Part shown: one piece after another, positions 26,688 through 35,115 of the stretch
Layout: every line of letters starts with the position of its first letter
Numbering within the stretch: position 1 is the first letter of the stretch
Assembly (NCBI GenBank): GCA_047611865.1
Contig: JBLFWS010000008.1
Location: 1 to 39,369 of the forward strand
Reading direction: 5' to 3'
Origin: Chlamydiales bacterium
Lineage (GTDB): Bacteria > Chlamydiota > Chlamydiia > Chlamydiales > JBDQID01
Length of the DNA: 39,369 bases
Translations under genes and position numbers: made by a program
Notes under the pieces: model-generated
The model's input: only the letters and a program-made list of their open reading frames with translations
What the model was told of the DNA's origin: nothing
Databases searched by the model: none

Positions 26688-29210
26688 TTGGCCAAAAATT
26701 TAAAACTGAAAATTAAAAACACGCAACTTGCCAAAGCATTAAACCTTTCCGGTATCAAGTCTAAGTTGAAAAAGAACGTAGAAGAGACCGAGAAAAAGGA
26801 AAATGAACCTAAGCAAGAGACTCAGGTAGCTAAGGTAGCTGAAGAAGCAAAAGCAAATGAACCTATTCGACGCGCAAAGAAAAAGTCTTCCTTTGTTCCA
26901 GGTGAAGAGCCTATTGCAAGTGAAGAACTTACTGACGCAGTAGAATCTCCTCCTCTTACCGAGATCGAGACCTCCGTAGAAGAAGTCACTGCTCCTCTAG
27001 TTGCTAAAGAAAGCTCTGAATCTCAGGAATCCCCAGTAATGGTCGAATCCGAGAAAACTAATGAGAACTCCCTACCCGAAGCTCCATTAGAAACTCCTAA
27101 GCCAGAAGTAAAAGCTGTAGAGGCGACGGTAAGCAAAGCAGTGCCCAATAAATCTCCTGTAGCAGCAAAGGCCGGTGAGGCTAACAAAAGACCTCAGACT
27201 CCTGATTCTGATCGAGGTGCTCCGAAACCTAAAGTAAAAGACTGGAGTAAAGAAAAGAAAAACCAACCACCAGTCAAGCCAAAACCTGGGACTCCTGAAG
27301 CTGGTTCCAAATTTGATTCTCGCGCTCGCCGTGGCCTAAAGCCCGTTGCTAGTGGAGAGCAGCCGTGGCGTAAGAAGCGTCCTTCTTGGAAGCAGGGAAG
27401 AAAAATGCGTACTCCGGAGCCTGTCATTCGGCCTTCCAATGTATCTGTTCGCCTTCCTATAGCAATCAAAGATCTAGCTTCCGAAATGAAACTCAAGGCT
27501 TCTCAGCTTATCGCGAAGCTTTTCATGCAGGGTGTCGTACACACTTTGAATGATTATCTTGATGATGAAACTACAATTCAGCTTTTGGGTCAGGAATTTG
27601 ACTGCGAGATTCTCATCGACACTACTGAAGAAGAGCGCATTCGTATTACCGACAAAAGCGTCGCGGAAGAGATTGCTGAGGGTGAAGAGTCCAAACTCCT
27701 AGCTCGCCCCCCTGTTATTGCTTTCATGGGTCACGTTGACCATGGTAAAACAAGTATTATCGACTCTATTCGTAAAACAACGATGGCCTCAGGAGAGGCA
27801 GGTGCTATCACACAGCACATCGGTGCTTTCCGTTATAAAGCTGATGGTAAAGATATTACGATTATCGATACTCCCGGTCACGCAGCATTCTCTGCTATGA
27901 GAGCTCGTGGTGCTGAAGTAACGGATATTGTAATTCTTGTTATTGCCGGAGATGAAGGTATTCGCCAGCAAACCAAAGAAGCCATACAACATGCTAAGGC
28001 TGCTGAAGTACCTATCATCGTTGCTATCAACAAAAATGATAAACCTGGTTTTGATCCTGAAAACGTATATCGCCAATTAGCTGATGCAGAGCTCCTTCCT
28101 GAGGCTTGGGGTGGAACGACGATCACTGTAAATTGCTCGGCTATTACCGGTGAAGGCATCTCAGATCTTCTTGACATGGTTGGTATTCAATCTGAAGTCA
28201 TGGAACTTAGGAGTAACCCTGAGTCCCGTGCTAGAGGTACCATTATCGAATCTGAAATGCACAAGGGTCTTGGTGCTGTCGCCACTATACTAGTACAAAA
28301 CGGTACTCTTAAAAAGGGTGACGCTCTAGTTCTTGGTAGCCACTTTGGTCGTGTGAAAACCATGCGCAATGAGCAAAATAAAGAACTGGCCGAAGCGTCG
28401 GCATCTACTCCTGTTGAGATCACTGGTCTTTCAGGTCTTCCCGAAGCCGGTGAAGAATTTATTGTAGTTGCCAACGAGAAAGAAGCTCGTGAAATTGCTG
28501 CCACTCGTATGGATGAAAGCCGCGGTCGTGTCTTGATTAAGCAGAAAAAGGGTATTTCAATAGAAAGCCTTCTTCAGTCGAATAAAGACTCTCAGAAAAA
28601 GGTCCTCAACCTTGTTCTCCGTGCAGATATGCAAGGGTCCTTAGAAGCTCTTAAAGCTGCCGTAGAGAACATCACTTCTGATAAGATCGAAACCAATGTG
28701 ATCTTTTCTGGAGCGGGTGAAATTTCTGAATCAGACGTTCAGTTGGCTGCAGCTTCTAAAGCTATTATTGTAGGTTTCCACACTCAAGTGGAGAGCCATG
28801 CCGAAGCTTTAATCAAAGATCTTGATATCAAGATATATGTCCACGATATCATCTACCATGCTATTGACAATATCAAAGAGATGATGACGGGCATGCTTGA
28901 TAAGCTTGCCAAGGAAGAAGACACCGGTGCGGCTGATGTTCGTGCCACGTTTAAAGTATCCGCTTTGGGTGTTATTGCCGGATGTTTTGTTTCTGAAGGT
29001 AATATCAAGAGAAACCACCTGATGCGAGTTATTCGTGATGGTGAAGTAGTCTGGAAGGGAAATATTAGATCTCTTAAACGTGAAAAAGATGATGTCCGCG
29101 AAGTTGTCAAGGGCCTTGAATGTGGTATCCTTCTCGACGGCTACAACGATATCCTAGAAGGTGACGTACTACAAGCGTACGAAATCATCTATCTTTCTCA
29201 AGAACTGTAA
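26688..29210 (+). CDS. infB: Translation initiation factor IF-2
   Basis: MGHVDHGKT, GAITQHIGA, DTPGH and NKND motifs. TTG start at 26688 after GAGAGG gives the chlamydial-type N-terminus MAKNLKLKIKN. Confidence 0.98.
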   Translation: MAKNLKLKIKNTQLAKALNLSGIKSKLKKNVEETEKKENEPKQETQVAKVAEEAKANEPIRRAKKKSSFVPGEEPIASEELTDAVESPPLTEIETSVEEVTAPLVAKESSESQESPVMVESEKTNENSLPEAPLETPKPEVKAVEATVSKAVPNKSPVAAKAGEANKRPQTPDSDRGAPKPKVKDWSKEKKNQPPVKPKPGTPEAGSKFDSRARRGLKPVASGEQPWRKKRPSWKQGRKMRTPEPVIRPSNVSVRLPIAIKDLASEMKLKASQLIAKLFMQGVVHTLNDYLDDETTIQLLGQEFDCEILIDTTEEERIRITDKSVAEEIAEGEESKLLARPPVIAFMGHVDHGKTSIIDSIRKTTMASGEAGAITQHIGAFRYKADGKDITIIDTPGHAAFSAMRARGAEVTDIVILVIAGDEGIRQQTKEAIQHAKAAEVPIIVAINKNDKPGFDPENVYRQLADAELLPEAWGGTTITVNCSAITGEGISDLLDMVGIQSEVMELRSNPESRARGTIIESEMHKGLGAVATILVQNGTLKKGDALVLGSHFGRVKTMRNEQNKELAEASASTPVEITGLSGLPEAGEEFIVVANEKEAREIAATRMDESRGRVLIKQKKGISIESLLQSNKDSQKKVLNLVLRADMQGSLEALKAAVENITSDKIETNVIFSGAGEISESDVQLAAASKAIIVGFHTQVESHAEALIKDLDIKIYVHDIIYHAIDNIKEMMTGMLDKLAKEEDTGAADVRATFKVSALGVIAGCFVSEGNIKRNHLMRVIRDGEVVWKGNIRSLKREKDDVREVVKGLECGILLDGYNDILEGDVLQAYEIIYLSQEL

Positions 29211-29234
29211 TATTAATTAAGGATCGTTATTCTC

Positions 29235-29699
29235 ATGGCTATCAAGCGTCGTACAGACCGTTTAAATTCCCTCTTAAGAGAGGTTCTCTCTGACGTGATC
29301 AGAAATCAGGTTAAAAATCCAGACCTGGCAACATCTCTGATAACTATCACGAGTGTAGAAATCGCCAAAGACCTTCGCAATGCGAAGGTCTTAGTCAGTG
29401 TCATTGGCAATGATGAAGAAAAAAAGAAAGCATTGAGAGCTTTAATTTCTGCATCGGGTTTCATATCCTGTACTGCCTCTAAAATGGTGGTCATGCATCA
29501 CTTTCCCAAACTGCGTTTTTATCTAGACGAATCCGTAGAGATGCAAATGCGTATCCACGACGTTATCACAAAGGTACAGCAGGAAAGAGATTCTCGTGAT
29601 GAGAGTGAGGAAGAAGAGGCAAGAGACGAAGAAGTGGAAGGAGAGGAAAGAGACGAAGAAGTGGAAGGAGAGGAAAGAGAGGTTTATGATGACGTCTAA
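29235..29699 (+). CDS. rbfA: Ribosome-binding factor A with an acidic repeat tail
   Basis: RTDRLNSLLRE, ITITSV..KDLRNAKV and PKLRFYLD motifs; lies after infB. Confidence 0.96.
   Translation: MAIKRRTDRLNSLLREVLSDVIRNQVKNPDLATSLITITSVEIAKDLRNAKVLVSVIGNDEEKKKALRALISASGFISCTASKMVVMHHFPKLRFYLDESVEMQMRIHDVITKVQQERDSRDESEEEEARDEEVEGEERDEEVEGEEREVYDDV
29621..29680 (+). repeat. 27-bp tandem repeat (about 2.2 copies) at the rbfA 3' end
   Basis: AAGAGACGAAGAAGTGGAAGGAGAGGA twice exactly, plus AAGAGA. Confidence 0.95.
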
Positions 29700-30423
29700 C
29701 AACAATGAAGTTCCTTCAAATGAAATTCCTTCAAATGAGGTTCCTTCAAATGAAGGTATCCTTCTCATCAACAAGCCTAAAGGCAATACATCTTTCAGCT
29801 TAATCAGGACTTTGCGGAAGCGTCTTCAGATTAAGAAAATTGGTCACGCCGGTACACTGGATCCCTTTGCAACAGGAGTCATGGTGTATTTGATAGGTCG
29901 TGATTTCACACGTCTTTCCGATCAGTTCCTCAATGAAGACAAGGAATACCTTGCTCAAATACATTTAGGCGTAAGCACAGATACATTTGATACTGAAGGT
30001 CAGGTAACGGCTTACTCTGAAAAGGTTCCTACCGTCAAGGAAGTAGAAGACGCTGTCACCAAATTTCAGGGAAAAGTTCAACAGATCCCTCCTATGTATT
30101 CGGCAAAAAAATTCAAGGGTCAGAAGCTTTACGATCTCGCCAGAAAAGGTAAGATTGTAGATAGACAGCCCGTTACTATTGAGTTAGTAACAACTGTCCT
30201 TAAATATGAATATCCCTACCTGGACCTTCGCGTTAACTGCAGTAAAGGCACCTATATCCGCAGTATTGCTGATGACTTAGGCGCAATGCTTGGTTGTGGA
30301 GGACATTTATCCCTTCTACAAAGAACACGAAGTGGGCGCTTTACGCTCAGTGACTGTATTGACGGGGAGCTTCTTGAAAACCCCTCGTATGATTTAGCCT
30401 CATCTATACAAAAAGCCTGCTAA
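29686..30423 (+). CDS. truB: tRNA pseudouridine(55) synthase
   Basis: GHAGTLDPFATG, PPMYSAKK and CSKGTYIRS motifs; ATG at 29686 or 29689 overlaps the rbfA end. Confidence 0.97.
   Translation: MMTSNNNEVPSNEIPSNEVPSNEGILLINKPKGNTSFSLIRTLRKRLQIKKIGHAGTLDPFATGVMVYLIGRDFTRLSDQFLNEDKEYLAQIHLGVSTDTFDTEGQVTAYSEKVPTVKEVEDAVTKFQGKVQQIPPMYSAKKFKGQKLYDLARKGKIVDRQPVTIELVTTVLKYEYPYLDLRVNCSKGTYIRSIADDLGAMLGCGGHLSLLQRTRSGRFTLSDCIDGELLENPSYDLASSIQKAC
29704..29755 (+). repeat. 15-bp tandem repeat (about 3.5 copies) at the truB 5' end
   Basis: AATGAAGTTCCTTCA / AATGAAATTCCTTCA / AATGAGGTTCCTTCA / AATGAAG, encoding NE(V/I)PS. Confidence 0.95.
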
Positions 30424-30553
30424 GTCGTGTATTAGAATTAGGGAATGTCTGATTTTGAGGGCATTTTGTCTTGATTATAGATCTGTAGTAACTCTCCATA
30501 CTTGAACAAGTAGGTGAGTTACGACCGATCCAAAAAAAGGACATAGGAAGGGT

Positions 30554-31471
30554 ATGAGGGTTATTCGGAATTTTGCAGACTATCCTCTGGAGGCTAAGGG
30601 TCCTGTTGTAACAATAGGAAACTTCGACGGCGTCCATTTGGGCCATCAGTCCATTATGAAACGTGCACGCTATCTTGCTGACTCTATTAATGGTAACTTG
30701 ACTATCATTACATTTGAAAATCACCCTTCCCAGGTTCTAAGGTCTGACCGTTCCGTTGAACTTTTATGTAGTGTTGAACACAAACTCTCTCTCTTAGAAA
30801 AACACGGAGCGGATGTTACTGTTCTAATAGCTTTCGATAAGGCATTTTCCGAGCAAGATCCTGAGACCTTTTTAAAACAGCTCCGCGATTCCATCCCCTT
30901 TACTCACCTCATACTTGGTAGTGATGCCAGGTTTGGAAAAGGTCGAGAAGGTACTCCGTCTAGAGTGCGTGAACTCGCAGAGAAATTGGGCTTTTTCGTT
31001 GAGTACCTGGAAAAGGAAATTTGCGGTGATACCCCCCTTAGCAGTACGAGTATTCGCGAATGTATTAGAGAGGGTAATTTTCTTGAGGCAGAGAAGAAGC
31101 TTGGCAGGCGCTATACTATTCTTTCCAAGGTGGTGCATGGCGATGGCCGAGGTAAGAAGCTAGGCTTTCCCACTGCCAACATAAATGTCTCTGGCCTATG
31201 CCTTCCTCCTTTTGGCGTTTACTCTGTTGACCTTCTCCATGATGGAGAGCTTATCCCTGGTGTAGCGAATTTAGGCTATGCTCCTACTGTACGGGAAGAT
31301 TCTTCTCCAGTACTTGAAGTCCACCTTTTTGACTGTAACAAGGACCTTTACAATTGTGAGGTAGAAGTCTTGTTCAAGTCCTATATTCGTCCCGAGCAAA
31401 AGTTCCAAAACTTAGAAGACTTGCGGACGCAAATTTCTCAAGATATCACAACGGCTAAGGAAAGCATTTAA
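30554..31471 (+). CDS. ribF: Bifunctional riboflavin kinase/FAD synthetase
   Basis: GNFDGVHLGHQ, SSTSIR, GFPTAN and LEVHLFD motifs. Confidence 0.97.
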   Translation: MRVIRNFADYPLEAKGPVVTIGNFDGVHLGHQSIMKRARYLADSINGNLTIITFENHPSQVLRSDRSVELLCSVEHKLSLLEKHGADVTVLIAFDKAFSEQDPETFLKQLRDSIPFTHLILGSDARFGKGREGTPSRVRELAEKLGFFVEYLEKEICGDTPLSSTSIRECIREGNFLEAEKKLGRRYTILSKVVHGDGRGKKLGFPTANINVSGLCLPPFGVYSVDLLHDGELIPGVANLGYAPTVREDSSPVLEVHLFDCNKDLYNCEVEVLFKSYIRPEQKFQNLEDLRTQISQDITTAKESI

Positions 31472-31622
31472 GCAACTCCTTCCTCTGTCTTATTATTATC
31501 CAAATATTCAGTTTACAAAACTTTTACACTGCTTTTAACAAGTCTTAACAAACTCGTGCTAAAGTTGTATTTAAGAAACAACAAACAGGCGAACCTCCAC
31601 ACAAAAAAGCAGGAGAGCAAAG

Positions 31623-31877
31623 GTGAAAATAAACAGAAACGATAGTAAGAATGGAATCTTTGCTACCTTATGGATCGCCACAGGTTTAGGATCTCTACTT
31701 GGTGGAGTAGCCTTTTGGACAGCAGTTGCCGCTTCAACGTTTGTAGCCGGAACTTACGCACTGGTAATATTCGCCTCAATAGTCCTTACCTCAGCATTTG
31801 GAATAGGAAGCATTGTAGGCTACTGTACAAAGAAAGCCCTGGAAAATTACCAATTATACTGTAGAACAATTATATAG
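31623..31877 (+). CDS. Small membrane protein with a long bilobed hydrophobic segment (Inc-like)
   Basis: AGGAG RBS and GTG start; about 57 uncharged residues flanked by short charged termini. Confidence 0.6.
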   Translation: MKINRNDSKNGIFATLWIATGLGSLLGGVAFWTAVAASTFVAGTYALVIFASIVLTSAFGIGSIVGYCTKKALENYQLYCRTII

Positions 31878-32042
31878 AATCCCCCTTTTTCCCCGCGGTG
31901 GTTATAGCACAAGAGAGTCCTGACGGTTGGCCCCCCTTCCAACTGTCAACATCCCCTCCCCTTACTCTCTGGCGACTAACCACCGCATCTTTTTTTCTAC
32001 ACACAAACAACTTCAAGAAGTCTGATGGCGTTGTTTCATTAT

Positions 32043-32070
32043 TTACCACAGAGGCACTGAGATCACGGAG
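32043..32070 (+). repeat. Copy of the ACCACAGAG-n-CAC(A/T)GAG periodic intergenic repeat
   Basis: TTACCACAGAGGCACTGAGATCACGGAG resembles TTAACCACAGAGAGCACAGA at 33445. Confidence 0.55.
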
Positions 32071-32333
32071 AAAATGTGAGATATCTGAGGGGGGGTCATA
32101 CGATCAGGCGTTTGAAGCCATTTTTCAATAGTTTCATATTAAATTTATCAGCAAGCCTCTCCCACCACCGACTTATTTCAAATAGGATAAAAGCTGAGCC
32201 TCATGAACAGGCAATAAATGGTGAATTACGCAACAAGACCTATTCAAATTAGGCCATCAAGTTTAAAACCATAGCATTATATAAATTCATTGTGCTATCA
32301 AGCACGTTCTGAATAATTCTTGAGGTAATCGCT

Positions 32334-33428
32334 ATGGTTTTACCAATAAACTATTCTCCTTTCGAACAAACTCCTGAAGCTGTCGCACACATCATATTTT
32401 CTTTCTCTAATTTAAAAGAGCTATCCCAAATCTCTTGTGTCAGCCATTGCATAAATCAAGAAGTCAAAAGCTTTGTCAAATTCCGAGCTAATGTCCTTTC
32501 TCGTGAAATGAGGAAAATCAAGGAACTTGCAGTAATCGTAGACAGACAAGTCCGCAATCTTACATCTAACAAGTCCTTCCTCATAGTCCCGAACTCTGGG
32601 TCTCTTGCCAAGGAGTTTACCCTTGACGATCAGATCTACCAACGTTTTCACATGATTAAATCCCAATGTTCTGTTGATGTCGAAAGACCTGTTCCTACTC
32701 TTGCCACATTTCAACAACTCCACCAAAGCTTCAAGGACAGCTTCGTTGATGCCTTGTGTAGTACGCCTATCACAATCTTAAATCAGGTAAACCTCGATGA
32801 TTATCCCCAAGGCGCTATAAGTTTATTCCAAAAAACTTTAGAAAGATCACGAGAACAAATTTGTGCCCACATTGCTCTCATGCCTACTAGTCCCGCCAGC
32901 TTCTACGGAACTGAAGTCCGATTCCCACCCTGCCTCAGCAACTTGAATGACGTTGCCCCCCCCATCACTGTTCAAACTGCCTTTTCCTACTGTAATTCGA
33001 AAACTTTGGATGAAAATAACACTTTGATCCGTTATGGGCTCCCCTCTCTTCCTCCTGACGGGGCCTTTAATTTCCCTATCACCCATCTCCTCCTTAAGGA
33101 TCTCCTACACCTTAAGGAAGGGCACACCCTTACCTGCTTGTGGCAAACTTACAATAACAGTGTAGTTAAATTGAGAGTGAAAGGCTCTCAAGAGATTCTT
33201 TCTGGTGATCCATCGATTCCTCGTTGGGCTACTGATTCGAAATTTGAAAGAGTTATGAAAGAACTGATAAATGAGAGTATTGAAGAAACCTACTTAAATG
33301 GCTTCCTAGATGGAAATCCCTTTTCCCAATCGATATTGGAATATGGCCGTAAGTTTCTGACTCCTACTGATTCGCCCGATACTATATCCTATACCTTTTC
33401 CCGTTTTGACCACTTACGGTTCGCCTAA
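32334..33428 (+). CDS. F-box-like domain protein, candidate effector
   Basis: N-terminal PFEQTPEAVAHIIFSFSNLKELSQISCVSH matches the F-box pattern; GAGG RBS. Confidence 0.7.
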   Translation: MVLPINYSPFEQTPEAVAHIIFSFSNLKELSQISCVSHCINQEVKSFVKFRANVLSREMRKIKELAVIVDRQVRNLTSNKSFLIVPNSGSLAKEFTLDDQIYQRFHMIKSQCSVDVERPVPTLATFQQLHQSFKDSFVDALCSTPITILNQVNLDDYPQGAISLFQKTLERSREQICAHIALMPTSPASFYGTEVRFPPCLSNLNDVAPPITVQTAFSYCNSKTLDENNTLIRYGLPSLPPDGAFNFPITHLLLKDLLHLKEGHTLTCLWQTYNNSVVKLRVKGSQEILSGDPSIPRWATDSKFERVMKELINESIEETYLNGFLDGNPFSQSILEYGRKFLTPTDSPDTISYTFSRFDHLRFA

Positions 33429-33464
33429 ATATAATAGAGAAGAGTTAACCACAGAGAGCACAGA

Positions 33465-33721
33465 CTCGACATTCGACATTTTCACAGTAAATCACTCTGC
33501 CTTGGTGGTTTAAGGGGGACTCCCCTTTTTGAAGTGCGGCAGTCCTCTGCCGCTTTATTCAGAACATACTTGTGTTTTCACGAGTGCATCAACCAAGCCT
33601 CAACCTACTTAGGATAAACTATTGTCTACCTGAAAGCGGCAGAGGACTGCCGCACTCCAAAAAAGGGGGACCCCTTAAACCCCAAAATATAGTTTCATTC
33701 TTCAATATGTCGAAAGTCGAG
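33465..33721. mobile_element. MITE-like element (257 bp) containing a REP doublet
   Basis: Terminal inverted repeats CTCGACATTCGACAT / ATGTCGAAAGTCGAG (14/15 match), flanked by direct ACAGA at 33460-33464 and 33722-33726; no transposase. Confidence 0.6.
33507..33681. repeat. REP-like inverted doublet (REPIN-like)
   Basis: The ~50-bp arms 33507-33556 and 33633-33681 are near-perfect reverse complements. Each arm contains the hairpin GCGGCAG-N4-CTGCCGC. Confidence 0.9.
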
Positions 33722-33880
33722 ACAGAGAAAAGAGGAAGAAGAAATCCGTTTTCTATTAGATTTTCCCAAATTCATCCACCTTCTTATTTTTCTCTTTGTC
33801 CTCTCTGTCCTCAGTAGTTAATCTCTCTTCTTTCTTCGCTGCCTTAGCATATAAAAATTAGAAGTGAGCCAAAAAGCTGA

Positions 33881-35101
33881 TTAAGTCAGCTCTAAAACCG
33901 TACAGGCAATGTGTCTTGTCGTGTCCTTTTCTGTGCTGAAATAGTAGGCTACGCAAAGCCTGCCGTCAGGTAAAAGAGTACTCCAGGGATAACCTATATC
34001 GTGACAAAAACCATCATCCCTGAGGATTAGTTCCTCTGCTCCCTCAATATCGTTGCACTCTGGATCCAAAACCCTTGCCCGAATACCGTAGGGTTCATGT
34101 CTATAGCCATAAGAAAGAAACACTCTTCCATCGGGAAGTTTATAGGGGTGAAAGGGATGCCCTTTCACTTTGTGTTCCTTCCAAGGAGACCACGTGTGTC
34201 CGTTATCCATGGACTCTACAGTGGCCAGGTAATCGTCTGCAAGGTCCTTTGTTCTGAGAAAAGCGACAATTTTTCCACTCGGAGTAAGGTAGAGGGATGG
34301 CTCTGCAAATGATACTACCCCTTTTTCATCCCCTGCTATTGCTGCCCGATAGCACCAAGTGCGACCTTTGTCTCCTGAAGCAAAAAGATGACAAGTTAAA
34401 GGGGGGCCATCTTTCCAAATCGTTGTATAGGTCGCTAGAAGAAGCTCTCCATTTAGCTCTACCATGCTCCCTCTGACAGGACCTCCATGAAATGGACGTT
34501 GGTAGGGAATAATTGGGGGATAATTTGGCAAAGGAGGCAAATAACTGTGTGGTGACCAAGATTTTGCTCCGTCCTCGCTATACCTTACATAAGATCCCCA
34601 GTAAATAAACAGGATACTCGGTTTTGCAGGATCACCTAGCATCTGGTTACGGTAGCTTCCGATGGGGTCCATAAATTCTGCTGAGAAAGGATACCAGGAA
34701 AAGGAGGCCATAACGACTGTGCCGTCAGAGAGTTCTATGACAGAAGGGTCCTGATCGCCGGCTTCAATATTTACAGGTAATCCCTCCACCTTACCATTCG
34801 ATGACAGCTTAGATTTATAGCGTATCATCGAAATCTCGGATCGCGGATCAACGTGATCTATATCTCTGGTAAGGTATTGAAATTTTTCCGGAAGAGGAGA
34901 AGGGAGGATACTACGTATATCACGACCTCTGCGAAAAAAAAGGCAGACGTCCCCATTTTTGAGCGTAATGATAGAGGGAAAGCTAGAAAAAAATCGACTG
35001 TCCCGGTACAGGACTATGTCTTCAACTTTATTGATGATTTTGGTGACTTCAACCATGGCACAATACCGCAGATATTTTGTAATACCTGCGATATTATTCA
35101 T
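33881..35101 (-). CDS. BNR/Asp-box sialidase-like beta-propeller protein
   Basis: Asp boxes SEDGAKSW, SGDKGRTW and SMDNGHTW; SFPS, DQDPS, AEPS and DIGYP motifs; start uncertain (35101 or 35056). Confidence 0.8.
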   Translation of the reverse strand: MNNIAGITKYLRYCAMVEVTKIINKVEDIVLYRDSRFFSSFPSIITLKNGDVCLFFRRGRDIRSILPSPLPEKFQYLTRDIDHVDPRSEISMIRYKSKLSSNGKVEGLPVNIEAGDQDPSVIELSDGTVVMASFSWYPFSAEFMDPIGSYRNQMLGDPAKPSILFIYWGSYVRYSEDGAKSWSPHSYLPPLPNYPPIIPYQRPFHGGPVRGSMVELNGELLLATYTTIWKDGPPLTCHLFASGDKGRTWCYRAAIAGDEKGVVSFAEPSLYLTPSGKIVAFLRTKDLADDYLATVESMDNGHTWSPWKEHKVKGHPFHPYKLPDGRVFLSYGYRHEPYGIRARVLDPECNDIEGAEELILRDDGFCHDIGYPWSTLLPDGRLCVAYYFSTEKDTTRHIACTVLELT

Positions 35102-35115
35102 TTAGCCATTTCACG

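Noticed and set aside
29596..29685. Basket of basic KKWKERKE repeats at the start of the truB ORF in the track
   Set aside because: This is an alternative-frame reading of the rbfA 27-bp repeat; the real start is 29686 or 29689.
31898..32131. 77-aa ORF upstream of the F-box-like gene
   Set aside because: There is no RBS, and its FTTEALRSRR segment is just a translation of the ACCACAGAG repeat.
33572..33817. 81-aa ORF within the repeat region
   Set aside because: It reads through the palindromic arms and has no RBS or protein-like features.
33445..33821. CRISPR array
   Set aside because: The repeats are inverted and nested rather than direct repeats with unique spacers, and there are no cas genes in the window.
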